Shown one piece after another: positions 1 through 11,657 of a stretch of DNA of 64,000 bases. This DNA is from Rebecca billardiae RCC1528. Lineage: Eukaryota > Protista > Haptophyta. Under the pieces are notes generated by a model, which ran no database searches, was not told the origin of the DNA, and worked only from the letters and a program-made list of their open reading frames with translations. Numbering within the stretch: the stretch's first letter is position 1; every line of letters starts with the position of its first letter. The stretch covers positions 2,294,001-2,358,000 of the forward strand of contig OZ251232.1 of assembly GCA_965240325.2 (NCBI GenBank), in the 5' to 3' direction. The position numbers and the translations under genes were made by a program.

Positions 1-84
1 TGGGACGACCGGCGGCTTTAATTCAGCGCAGCGGTGCCGCGTCGTGCGATAGAGTCATCCGGTCGCCACTCGGTCCGCGCCGTC

Positions 85-1000
85 CTATGTTCGAATCAAG
101 GCCTATATGGCCGGCCATGACCGCGATGATATTGGCCGCTAGGCGGCCATGGCCGATGGAAAGCGGCCAACCAGCCATCACTGGCCGATGGGTATTGGCC
201 GATGGCGGTCCGGCGGCCGGACCGCCGGAGGCCGCGCCGGACGGCACTCGGGTGACTCGCACTGCCACGGCGCCGGCGCGTGGCCTCGCGGCGCGTGCGC
301 ACGCCGCCACGCGGGCTGCAGGCTGCAGCACTGTCCGACTCTGCACGGTCGTAGTCCGAGAGGGCGGCCCCGGGGCTCGGCCGAGCCCCAGTGGCGGTCT
401 CTGACCGAGCGTGGCAGGTGGGTCGTGTGTGTGTGTGTTAATATAATCTGATATAAGCTTAGATAGATATATTCAGACTACTACGGCATGTCTATTGGAG
501 CTATCTGCGCGCCGGCCCGGCGAGTGAAGGACGCGAGGTGCAGGCGGCGAGCCCGGTGAGACTCCGAGGGCGAGTCAGCGGCCGCACCCGCGCCCGCGAC
601 CCCTACTTCTGCCACGGCTGGCGCTTGCACTGCCACGGCAGCGCCGTCGTCTGCCGACGCGGCGACTGCGGCAGCCTCGCGGCGAGCGGACGAGCTGTGG
701 CTGCCGCAGCACAGTATTCGGCTGCAAGCACCTTCTGCGACGAGATCATGCCCATACAGAGTCGACGAGCCGACCTCGTTGGGGTCGACCATACGACGTT
801 GACTTTCTGCCCGACGAGTGGTGAATAATATTGCGCCGAAAAAGAAAATAAATTATGAATATGTAATGAATACAGCGCATCGTCATCCTTATTTATTCAT
901 TTATTCGTCGTAGTCGGCCACTGGCCGATGAACGGGCGAAAGTGGGCATCTCGTGGCCGACGGGTTGGCCGACGCCCGTCGAGGCTTGATTCGCACACAG
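85..1000. mobile_element. Non-autonomous hAT-like DNA transposon (916 bp)
   Basis: 16-bp imperfect TIRs: CTATGTTCGAATCAAG (85-100) and CTTGATTCGCACACAG (985-1000), 14/16 match. 8-bp TSD GCGCCGTC at 77-84 and 1001-1008. Many TGGCCGA subterminal motifs at both ends. No transposase ORF. hAT assignment is inferred from TSD length. Confidence 0.8.
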
Positions 1001-2156
1001 GCGCCGTCTAGTCACTCACTCAAGGACATTTCTGGACAAGGGCCGCGTGGGCACTCGGCCACTCTCACTTCTCAGTCACCGCTCGTCACTGACGTTACGG
1101 CGGACGTAGTATAGCTAGGCAGTATGACTATGATGGCGCGCGCACGCGCGCGCGCGCTCTCTCTCTCCGTCTCTCTCTTCCTCTCCCTATGCTGGCCAGC
1201 ACAAGCGGCGGCGTGGCACCTGCAGCTTGCCGGCCCCAGCCCGCAAGCGCGAACTGAGCCGGACGCCCTCGCGCGGCTGCCCGGCCCTCGCAGCTGGTGA
1301 GCCAGCAAACCCTCCGCGGGCAACACCAGAACCCTGCCGCCGGCTTTGAGGCCGACACGCCACACTGACACTGGGGCACATATCACCCGAGGGCCAGGCC
1401 TTCTGTGTGATAAGCTACCCCAGTCATGCCGCTTGATACATCGTCACCGATCACGCCTTCCCCAACCGACAGTGGGGAGCGCCCTCCACATTCCATAGTC
1501 CATATATACTTAATAGTACATCCTGTCGGCGCGCTGTGTAAGTGTGAGCTGTCACATTGATGGCGCCCAGTCGGAGAGTGGCTGGACCGCGACGCGACGT
1601 TTTGGCGCAGTCCGGTTTTGTCGTGCCATTGTGGACGACGGTGGGGCGCCAGGACCGCGAGGACGACGGGCGCTCGGGCGCGCCGCGACTGCGAGGCGGC
1701 CGCAGCCCTCTCCCCAATTCCGACGGCGCTACCATCGCCATCGGGCGGTGATCGGCGACGGCTTCATGGGCGGTGACAGTTGGCGGGCCGGTCCGAATCT
1801 CGTCAGACTGCCTACTGCAGAGTACTAGCTGATGTGTGCTGATGCCAATCGGGGCGTCCGAATTTTTTTTATATATATATATATATATAAATAAATAAAT
1901 AAATAAATAAAATCGATGATCGATATTATTCGATGACGATCCGTGAGAGTAATAAACTGCTACTGTGTGCGTCTCTTATTCTTAGTAAACTGTACCGTCC
2001 GACTCCGAGGGCGAGGTTGAGCCGTGCACCGATCAGTGAGTCGGGCTGGCCGGCCGCTTATCGGACCGGCGGTCCGATATAAGCGGCGCTGCCGCCCGAA
2101 TGAGCCGCGTGGCCCCGTCTGCGACTGCCGGACTGCGTCCAGATTACGGGCTCTAA

Positions 2157-2888
2157 CTAGATGGCGAGGCCGAAGACGCTGACGATGCATACGCACGTCT
2201 TGTTGCCCTCGTACTTGTGTGTCACCCACCCGTCGCTCGTGTTGTCCCAGTAGCACGAGCTCGCCATGTGCAGCCCCGCGCCCGTCTTCTGCATGATGGC
2301 GCAGGTGACGATATATTTGAACGGCTTGTTCAGCTGCGTCAACCGGCGCATGCACGCCTCGATCACGTCGGAGGTCCACTGCGGTACCCGCGAGTGGGTG
2401 TACGTGACTGGCTGCATGATCTGCTCGATCGACTGCGCGGTGCGCGCGCGCGCAGCGGCGGGGGCAGCGCTGGGGTGAGCGCGTGCCGCGGCCTCTCGAA
2501 CGGCGCGTGCGCAAGCGTGCGTGCGTGCGGCGCGGCGGCGCGCACCTCCTTGACGATCGACGTGACATCCTCCGGCACGAAGGCGGCCTACGCGCGGGCG
2601 GGGATCGAGGCAGCCGCGCGTGGTGAGCGGCGCTCGGCTGCCGCGGCGCGCGCATGCGCAGCCGCGCGCGCGGGCTTGGCAGGCGAGCTGCGGCCGAGGG
2701 GCGCGGCGGCGCGCACCTCCTCCGATGACTGCGGGACGGGCGACGGGGGCGGCAGGGCGGGCGCAAAGCCGGGCGGTGGCGGTGAGAGGTGAGCACGGGC
2801 GGCGCAGCTGCTCGCGCACGCGCGCGAGCACTCGCCGAGCGCGCCCCTCGCGAGCGGGGTGGGCTGCGCGCACCTGGAGGTCATCCAT
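2157..2888 (-). CDS. DYNLT1: Dynein light chain, Tctex-type 1 (114 aa, 4 exons)
   Basis: Exons 2888-2874, 2728-2717, 2587-2546, 2432-2157, all with GT-AG borders. Joined protein MDDLQSSEEAAFVPEDVTSIVKESIEQ...KPFKYIVTCAIMQKTGAGLHMASSCYWD...CIVSVFGLAI has the Tctex1 signature. Confidence 0.93.
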   Translation of the reverse strand: MDDLQVRAAHPAREGRARRVLARVREQLRRPCSPLTATARLCARPAAPVARPAVIGGGARRRAPRPQLACQARARGCACARRGSRAPLTTRGCLDPRPRVGRLRAGGCHVDRQGGARRRAARTHACARAVREAAARAHPSAAPAAARARTAQSIEQIMQPVTYTHSRVPQWTSDVIEACMRRLTQLNKPFKYIVTCAIMQKTGAGLHMASSCYWDNTSDGWVTHKYEGNKTCVCIVSVFGLAI

Positions 2889-3170
2889 GGCGGCGATGGC
2901 CGTTATCCAACGCGGCTTGCAGTGTTTTTTTACAGTAGGTGCACGATGGCCGCTTCCAACCTCATCACGAGTGCTTCACGGCTGGGAGGCTTCAAGACCT
3001 GCCCACGACGGCGCTTCGTGCCTTCGTCAGGACTTTGCAGGAACCGCTCGTGCCAAAACTCCGCCTGCGAAGGGGCCGCTCGCCGGCTGGAGAAGGACTC
3101 GCGCTTCGCGCGGAAGGGCCGAAGGGGGACAGTCGCACGGTCAACCGCTTCCTCAATTCGCGGCGCGTTG

Positions 3171-5204
3171 ATGAGGGCGGGCGCACTCGCGCGCCGCGGG
3201 CGGGCGCGGGCGCGGCGGTCGGCGGCCTTCGGCGCGGCGGCGCTCGTGCTCGCGCTCGCGCGGCCGAGCGCGCCCGCCGCGCCCGAGCGCCTCGTCGTCT
3301 CCACCTTCAACGTGCACTGCCCCGCGTATCGGCGCATGCCCGCCGGCACACTCGAGGCGGCCGCGCCGGACGTGTGGCTGGAGCGGAACCGGCGGATCCT
3401 GCAGCTGCCGATCTTCCGCGAGTCGGACTTCATCGCGCTGCAGGAGATCTGGTACGCCGAGCCCGAGCTCACCAGCCTGTACATCAACGCGCTGCTGCCA
3501 AAGTACCAGCTGCATGGCCTGCAGCGCGGCCACGGCCGTCGCGGCCGCGTGCGCGAGGACGGGCTGCTGACCGCGGTGTCGCGCGACTGGTCGGTGCTCG
3601 CCGAGATCGAGCTCGACTTCGCCGACGTGGCCGACCGCTGCGCGCAGCTCCTCCACCTCCGCCGCGCCGGCCGGCAGGTGCTGCTAGTCAACACACACCT
3701 ACTGTACCCCCACAACGCCGCCTCATCCGCGATCCGCGTGCGCGAGGTGCACAAGATCCTGGCGGCGGTGGAGGAGTACAAGGCGAGCCTGCGGCGGCCG
3801 CGCAAGCCGCTCCCCGTGCTCCTCTGCGGCGACCTCAACGGCTCCCCGCGCGGCGACGTCGCGCGCTGCCTGCGCCGGTACGGATTCGCTTCCTCGTTTG
3901 ACGAGGTCCATGGCGTGAGCCACGGGCCGAAAGGCAGCGGCTTCAGCGTGTACACGGCCGCCGGGGCGGGTGCGGGTGCGGAGGCGGAGGTGGGTGCGGG
4001 TGCGGAGGAGGGCGCGCTGGCGGCGCGCAGGCGCGCGGGTGCGGAGCGCGGCGCGGCGCGCGCCGCCACCGAGGCCGCCGCTCCGGCGGAGGCGGCCGCT
4101 GCCGACACGGCCGCGGACGCGGCCGCCAGCGCCGACGGCGGCGCTGGCGCGGGCGCCGACGAGCGCTTCAGGCTGGTGACGCACCGCACGCACACGGGCA
4201 AGCTGCTCGCGTGCGACTACATCCTCGCGCTCAACCCGAGCGGGCACCACCGCCGGCCGCGCGGCTGGTCGGACATGGTATTCGCGGAGCTGTGGCTGAG
4301 GCTGTGTGCGCGCGGGTGCGACTCGGCGGAGGCCGGGTTCGCGGCGCTGCAGGAGATCGCGGCGCAGCCGGGGCAGGGGCAGCAGCGCAGGCAGGGCGCG
4401 GAGGCGGAGGCGGCGGCGGCGGCGGCGGCGGACGACGAGGACGAGGAGGGCGGCGTGCCGGGCGCGCTCACCGCAGACGGCTTCAAGCGCGCACTCCGCG
4501 CGCTAGGCTTTTCGGATGAGTCCAACCCGGCCTCGCCCGCGCTCACCGACTCCGAAGTGAGCGCGCTCGTCGCCGTGGCGGACGAGAACCACGACGGGCG
4601 GATGGACGCGGGCGAGTGGGCGCAGCGCTTCGAGCTGGCCGTGGACGCGCTGCGCGTGGAGCGGGAGGGGCCGGCAGGCCCAGGCTCAGGCATCGCTTCG
4701 GAGGCGCCCGACGCGAGCCATGACCTTGTCGCCCTCGAGTGCAGCGTGCACCCGCCCTGCCTGCTCGAGGGCCGCTGGCCCGGGGACGCGCCGGGCGAGG
4801 AGGAGGCGTGGGTCTCGGACCACGGCGCGCTCACCGCGCGCTTCGGCTGGTGCACTGCGCCCGCGTACGAGGCAGAGGAGGGCGGCGCGGAGGCGGAGGC
4901 GGCGGCGGCGGCGGTCGCCGTTGAGGGCGGGCTGCTTAGCACGCCAGGCGCGGTGGCCGCGGACGCTGCCCAAAGCGCGGCGCGCGCGCCGGCCCCGGCC
5001 GCGCCGGCCCCGGCCGCGGCCGCGCCGCTCGCCGCCGACGTGGGGCACAGCGGCGCGGCGGGCGGCGAGGGCGGCGCGGCGGAACCGGAGGGCGGCGGCT
5101 TCGCGCCGGCTGGCGGCGCGCACGCGGCCGCCGAGCGGCAGCCGGGCCCGGCCGCTGACAGACCTGACAGCGACGGCAGCGCAGGCACCGCCGACGGGAG
5201 GTGA
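3171..5204 (+). CDS. Endonuclease/exonuclease/phosphatase (EEP) family protein with inserted EF-hand
   Basis: EEP motifs STFNV, DFIALQE, NTHL, CGDLN, CDYI, SDH; EF-hand loop DENHDGRMDAGE. Probable start is the ATG at 3171, followed by a hydrophobic segment. Confidence 0.85.
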   Translation: MRAGALARRGRARARRSAAFGAAALVLALARPSAPAAPERLVVSTFNVHCPAYRRMPAGTLEAAAPDVWLERNRRILQLPIFRESDFIALQEIWYAEPELTSLYINALLPKYQLHGLQRGHGRRGRVREDGLLTAVSRDWSVLAEIELDFADVADRCAQLLHLRRAGRQVLLVNTHLLYPHNAASSAIRVREVHKILAAVEEYKASLRRPRKPLPVLLCGDLNGSPRGDVARCLRRYGFASSFDEVHGVSHGPKGSGFSVYTAAGAGAGAEAEVGAGAEEGALAARRRAGAERGAARAATEAAAPAEAAAADTAADAAASADGGAGAGADERFRLVTHRTHTGKLLACDYILALNPSGHHRRPRGWSDMVFAELWLRLCARGCDSAEAGFAALQEIAAQPGQGQQRRQGAEAEAAAAAAADDEDEEGGVPGALTADGFKRALRALGFSDESNPASPALTDSEVSALVAVADENHDGRMDAGEWAQRFELAVDALRVEREGPAGPGSGIASEAPDASHDLVALECSVHPPCLLEGRWPGDAPGEEEAWVSDHGALTARFGWCTAPAYEAEEGGAEAEAAAAAVAVEGGLLSTPGAVAADAAQSAARAPAPAAPAPAAAAPLAADVGHSGAAGGEGGAAEPEGGGFAPAGGAHAAAERQPGPAADRPDSDGSAGTADGR

Positions 5205-6077
5205 CGGGGCCCCGCCGGGACGAGCAGGTCGGGCGGATCGATACGCCGCCGTCAGGCGCCGCGCAGGCTGGGCCACGCCCATCCACTGGCCCGCGCACCG
5301 GGCCAAGCTGCGGCCAAAAAGCTCGGGGGTCGTCACTCTGACACTCACGTCACTGGGCATGGCCATGAGCCGCCATGACGGCATCAATGCGAATGCTACT
5401 GCTCATCAGCAGTATAGCCTACTGCTATGATATATGTATATATATATCATTATATATGATCTATGCTGATGAAACATGCTCGTCGTCGCGCGCGGGCTGC
5501 TGAGCTCGGACTAGCGCAGTATATATATATATAGCTCGCGCTGCAACGGGCCGCCGCGGGCAGACGGGCGGCGTAGCAGTGACGATGTATAAGCGCGGGC
5601 ACACCCCGCACGGCCCGCACGGCCGCACGGGCCACGGCCCGAGGCCGCTGAGGCGCCTGGCCTGGCGGCCGAAGGGCCCCGAGGCGCCTGCCTGCCGCGG
5701 GCCGCGGCGCCGCTGCCGGCCCCGGCAAAATCGCCCGCCGCGGCCGCCGTCGCGTAGTCAACATCCTCCGTGATCGCAAGATCGCACTGTCGACCTCGAA
5801 CGCGGACTCGCCACTGGCGGGGTCTCCACCCGGGCAGACTCCGAACTCGCCACTGCATCCGCCATCCGCCATCATCTGATCTCCGTCATCGGGCCATCGA
5901 CGCAGCACTCGGTCCGAGTCCGGGACGGCCGGAGGCAGAACGGGCGGCCGCGGCACTCTCTGCTTGCAGCAGTGCGCGCGCGTGGCCGGGCGGCGCAGCT
6001 GCTCAGACCGGTGGCTGGGCCGAGGCACCCTCCAGCCAGCCACGCCGCGGCTGGCTCACGGCTCAGGGCGCGCTCGC

Positions 6078-7802
6078 TCACTGCGCGGTCGGCGGCGCCG
6101 GGTCCACCAGCGGCGGGAGCCGGAAGTTGTTGCCGGTGTAGATGGCGCGCTCGCCGAGCTCCTCCTCGATGCGCAGCAGCTGGTTGTACTTGGCCAGCCG
6201 CTCCGAGCGGCACGGCGCGCCCGTCTTGATCTGCCCCACGCCGAGCCCGACCGCGAGGTCCGCGATGAACGAGTCCTCGGTCTCGCCGGAGCGGTGCGAG
6301 GCCATCACGCCCCAGCCGACCTTCTTGGCCATTGTGACCGCGTCGATGGCCTCGGTGATCGAGCCGATCTGGTTGACCTTGAGGAGGAGCGCGTTGCACG
6401 CCTTCGCGTCGATCGCCTTCTGCACGCGCGCCGGGTTCGTCACGAGCAGGTCGTCCCCGACCACCTGCACGCCCTCGCCCATCTTGGCGGTCATCGCGCC
6501 GTAAGATTCCCAGTCGTCCTGGTCGAACGGATCTTCGATGGAGACGATCGGGTGCGCGGCGCAGTAGGTGTCGTAGAGGTCGGCGAGGGCGGCGCCGGTG
6601 AGCTTCTTGGCGGGGTCGCCGCCGCCGTCGGCCTTGAAGTCCAGATCGTACGCCTTCTCCTTCGTGTAGAACTCCGACGCCGCGACGTCCATCCCGATCT
6701 TGATTCTCCCCGTGTACCCTGCGGCCTCGATCGCCGCGCCGAGCAGCTCGAGGCCCTCGGCCGCGTCGTTGATCGGCGGGGCGAAGCCGCCCTCGTCGCC
6801 GACGTTGATCGCGTCCTGCCCGTGCTTCGCCTTGATCACCGCCTTGAGGTGGTGGTACACCTCCGAGCCCATGCGCATCGCCTGCGCGGTGGGCGCGCGC
6901 GCGCGCGGGCGCGCGCGGTGGGCGCGGGCGCGTGCGGGCGGGTGCGCGGCGTGCCGGCAGGCGGCGCGGCGGCGGCGGGCTCGCGCGCAGCACCTCGGTG
7001 AACGTGCTCGCGCCGACGGGCAGCAGCATGAACTCCTGGAACGCGAGCTTGTTACCCGCGTGCGAGCCGCCGTTGATCACGTTGAACGCCGGCACGGGTA
7101 AATACATAGACGACGTGGGTACGTTAGCTAGGGAGGCGATGTGCTCGTAGAGCGGGACGCCGGCGGCGTCGGCGCCGGCCTTGCACACCGCCATCGACAC
7201 GGCGAGGATCGCGTTCGCGCCCAGCTTCTTCTTGCACCAGCCCCACTCGTTCTTCGTCCCGTCGAGCTGCTGCACCACGAGGTTGTCAATCTCGGCCTGC
7301 GCGCACGGGTCCATGCCGACCAGCGCGGGCGCGATGGTGTTGTTCACGTTGGCGACGGCCTGCAGCACGCCCTTGCCGTGGTACTCGTCCTTCACGCCGT
7401 CGCGCAGCTCGAGGGCTGCGCGCGAGCGCGGGCGTGGCGCGCGCGCGCGCGCGCTCAGCCTCGGCGCGGCGCCGCAGCGCGCGCCGCGCGCGATCGCGCG
7501 CGCGCGCGCGCCGCACCCTCGTACACGCCCGTCGACGCGCCGGAGGGCACGGCGGCGCGGTAGGTGCTCTTCGTCGTCGTGACGTCGCACTCCACCGTCG
7601 GGTTGCCGCGCGAGTCGAAGATCTGCCGCGCGTGCACCTTGGTGATCTTTGCCCTCCCGCCCGCGCGCTCGAGATACCGCGCCATGTGCGTCGCCGGGTC
7701 CTCGGCCTGCGCCTTGACGGCGTCGTTGATGGCGTCCTCGACGACGGACTGGATCTTGTGCTTGTCCAGGTAGTGCTGCACCTGCGCCTCCGACACGGCC
7801 AT
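6078..7802 (-). CDS. ENO: Enolase with N-terminal extension (503 aa, 3 exons)
   Basis: Exons 7802-7517, 7415-6994, 6881-6078. Motifs [82 protein letters not shown]; also the EWGWC insertion. Confidence 0.96.
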
Positions 7803-8062
7803 CGCGCCGCGCCCTTGCTCCACGCGCTGCCGGCGTCGGCCGTCGAGACGTGCACGATGGCGGTCCCGACCGTGTGAAGCGGACGCAAAGCGTTACTGCG
7901 TCGAGAATTGATGACTCGCGCAGCCTCCGAGAAATCATTCTGCGCGGAAAATATGTTCCCGCGCGCCCGCGGCGTGCCCAGCGCTCGCGCCGCTCGCCAG
8001 GGCGCGCTCACGGCCTCGGGCGCCGGCGCATCGCGCGGGCTGCACGACCGTCGCCGAGTGCG

Positions 8063-8789
8063 ATGCGCCCGCGCCGCGCCGGCGTGGCGGCGGTGTCGTA
8101 CCGCGAGTGGCGCAGCGACGAGGATGACGACGACGCGGAGCTGGACGCCGCCGGTGCAGCAACCCGCGCGAGCGGCGCCGACGCGCGCGCGGCGCGCGGC
8201 GCGCGACGCGGGCCGCCGCATGCCGGCGCGCGGCGCCGCGCAGCCCTCGGCGTACGCGACGCTGTGTGGAGCGGCGACGAGCGCAGCGGCGATGCGGCGT
8301 GGAGTGAGCCGAGCCGGTGCTCCGCCTCCGACGCCGAGAGCCCCTCCGACAGCGGCAGCGCCTCGAGCGAGGGCGCGCGCGGCGCGGCACTCGCCGGGCG
8401 ACCGCGACCGCGCAAGCGGCCGCGCGCGCGCGCCGATGGCGACGGCGCGGGCCGCGAGCCGGGCGCGGGGGCGTTTGTGATCGAGAGTGTCGCGGACGAC
8501 CTCTTCGCGCACTTCCGCGCCGAGCGCGGCACCGAGCGGCGCGCGCGCGCGGCCGAGCTCGCTGCGTGCGGCGGCGCAGCGGCGCGTGCGCGCTCGCGCG
8601 CCGGCCGGCGCGTCGTGCTGAGCAGCGGCGAGGAAGGGGAGGGCAGCGGCGAGGAGCGCGGCAGCGCGCCCGCCTCGCCCTCGCCCTCGCCCGCCTCGCG
8701 CGCCGCGCCCAGCGCCGGCTGCGCGGCCGATGCGGCGCAGAGCCGCTGGGCGCGGGCGCGAGGCGCGGCGCCGCGCGCTGCCGGCGGCC

Positions 8790-8824
<35 letters not shown>

Positions 8825-11619
8825 TGGTGGAGTGGCGGGTGTGAGGGCTCGAGCGAGGAGGACGGCGAGGAGGAGCAGGCGTCGGTGCGCCCCGGGCCGC
8901 ACCGCACGCCGCACGCCGCGCGCGCCCGCGGCGGCGGCGGCGGCGCTCTCAGGCCGACCGGCCATCTCAGACCGGCGCGCAGCACTCGCGCTTTTGGGCT
9001 GAACTATGCGGAGGCGTACGAGGAGGAGGCCGAGGAGGCGCGCGGCGCAGACGCCGACGTCGAGTCGGGCGAGTCCGGGCCCGACGACGGCGGCGACGAC
9101 GACGACGACGACGAGGAGGAGGACTGGGCGGAGGCGCGCGCGCGCGCGGCGCGGCAGCGCCTTGCTCGGCCGGCGCCGGCGCGCGCGGCGTCGGCCTCGC
9201 CATCGGCGTGGGCGGTGGAGCGTCTGCTCGCGTGGCGCTACGCCCCCGCCGCCTCGCGCGCCGACGCGCCCGCCGACGCGCCGCCACCCGCGCTCGAGCT
9301 CTGCGTCAAGTGGCGCGGCCGCGCGCACGCGCACTGTAGCTGGCTTCCCGAGGCGGCGGTGCGGAGCGCGGTCTCCGACGGGCAGCGCTTCGCGATGCTG
9401 CTGCGGCGCGTGCGCGCGGAGTGGGCGGAGCCGTGCGCGGCGGGCGCGCCGCTCGCGTCGGTGCTGCCCGAGCCGGGCGTGCTGCGGCCGGAGCGCATCC
9501 TCGCCGAGCGCCCGGCGCAGGGCGGCGGCGGCGGCGCGCCGCCCGGCGGCGCGCCGCCCGGCGGCGCGCATCAGGCGCAGCGCGGCGCGGCTCGCGCGGC
9601 CGCGGCGGACGACGAGGGACCGCCGGCCGAGCTGGCGCGGAGCGAGGTGCTCGTGCAGTGGGGCGGCGGGCTTGGCCCGGCGGGCGCGACGTGGGAGCCC
9701 GCCTCCGCGCTGCGCGCCCACCCCGCCGAGTGGGCGCGCTGGCGGCGCGCGCGCGCCACCGCCGTGCCCGCGCGCTTACACCACGCGCGGCCGCCGCGCC
9801 CGTGCGCGGAGCTCGTCGACGGCCACGTGTTCGGCGGCGGGCGCGTGCTCCGGCCGTACCAGACGGTGGGCGCGAACTGGCTGCTGCGGTGCTGGGCGGA
9901 GGGGCAGGGCTCGCTCCTCGCCGACGAGATGGGCCTGGGTAAGACCGCACAGACCGCCGCTGCGCTGTGGGCGGCGCGGCGCGCGGCGGCGCGCGCGGCC
10001 GGCGGCGCGGCGCGCGCGGCCGGCGGCGTCGACGCGCACGGCGGCGCGGGCTTTGGGCCGTGCCTCGTGCTCGCACCGCTCTCGACCGTGCCGCACTGGG
10101 TGCGCGAGGTGGAGGGCATGACGGGGCTCACGGCGCTCGCGCTGCACGGCGGCGCCGCCGACCGTGCCGCGCTGCTCGCGCATGCGTTTTGGCATCCCGA
10201 CAGATCGAGACTCCGATTCGACGTGCTCGTGACGACGGCGGAGGGGCTGAGCTCTTGCTGGGCCGAGCTGCGCGGCGTGCGCTGGGCGTGGGCGGTCGCG
10301 GACGAGGCGCACCGGCTCAAGAACCGCCACTCGCGCGCGGCCACGCTCTTCGGCGCGCTCGGCGCCGCGCATGTCGTGCTCCTAACTGGAACGCCGGTTC
10401 AAAACTCGACGTCAGAATTGCATGCACTGCTCAGCCTGCTGCCCGCGCCCGCCGCCGCCGGCGCTGCGGAGCCCGCGCCCGCCGCCGCCGCCGCCGCCGC
10501 CGCCACGCTGCGCCCGCCGCCCTCGCCGCCGGTCGCGCGCGCGGACGGCGAGGGCGGCGGCGAGGGCGGCGTCGGCGACGGCGGCGCGGGCGGCGTCGGC
10601 GACGGCGGCAGCGGCGGTGCGGGCGACGGCGGCAGCGGCGGTGCGGGCGACGGCGGCAGCGGCGGTGCGGGCGAGGGCGGCAGCGGCGGTGCGGGCGAGG
10701 GCGGCAGCGGCAGTGCGGGCGAGGGCGGCAGCGGCGGTGCGGGCGAGGGCGGCAGCGGCGGTGCGGGCGAGGGCGGCAGCGGCGGTGCGGGCGAGGGCGG
10801 CAGCGGCGGTGCGGGCGAGGGCGGGTGTGCGGGGCGGCTGCCGTCGCGCGACGACTTTGAGGCGGCGTACGGCGGCGAGGCGTGGCGCGCGCCGCCCGCC
10901 GCCGCGCGGCTCCGCGCGCTGCTCGGCCGCTGCATGCTCCGCCGCACCAAGGCAGACGTTGGCGGCGCGTGCGGCGAGTTGCCGTTGCCGCCACGTTCTG
11001 AGAACGTGCTTTGGGTAGAGCTCACGCCCGCACAGCGGCTGTGGTACAGAGCGATCCTGGACCGCTCGCTCGAGCTGCTCAGCCTCGCGGAGCAGCGCCG
11101 AGCGCCGCTCGGCGGCGCCGACCCGGCCGCCGCGGGCCGCGGCGCGCGCCCGCGGTGCGACGAGCTGCGTGCGTCGCTGCCGCGCGGCGCGCCGCTCGCG
11201 TGCCTCAGCAACGTGTGCATGCAGCTGCGGAAGCTGTGCAACCACCAGCGGCTCGTGGACGGGCGGTACGCGCTCGGCGCGACGCAGCACCACGCGGAGG
11301 TGGAGGCGGAGGCAGAGGCGGCGCGGCGTGGCGCGGCGCTCGCGCCGTGCGCCGCCGGCGCCGGAGGCGGCGGCGGCGGCGGCGCGTCCGCGCCGCGGCA
11401 GCCGGGGTCACCGGCGTCCGCCGCGCGCGCCGCTGAGCTGCGCGCGCTGGTGGGCGGCTCGGGCAAGCTGCTGCTGCTGCACGCGCTGCTCCCCCGGCTG
11501 CACGCCGGTGGCCACGCCGTGCTCCTCTTCTCCCAGTTCACGCGCACGCTCGACCTGCTCGAGGACTACCTCGAGCTCGCGGGCTGCCGGCGAGGCGCGG
11601 ACGCGGACGCGGGCGCGGA

Positions 11620-11657
<38 letters not shown>

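Noticed and set aside
1420-1780. Degenerate inverted similarity (CGTCACCGATCACGCC vs GGCGGTGATCGGCGACG)
   Set aside because: Too weak, and no TSD or defined ends
10574-10824. Regular repeat array as a possible CRISPR
   Set aside because: Head-to-tail coding minisatellite with no unique spacers and no cas genes
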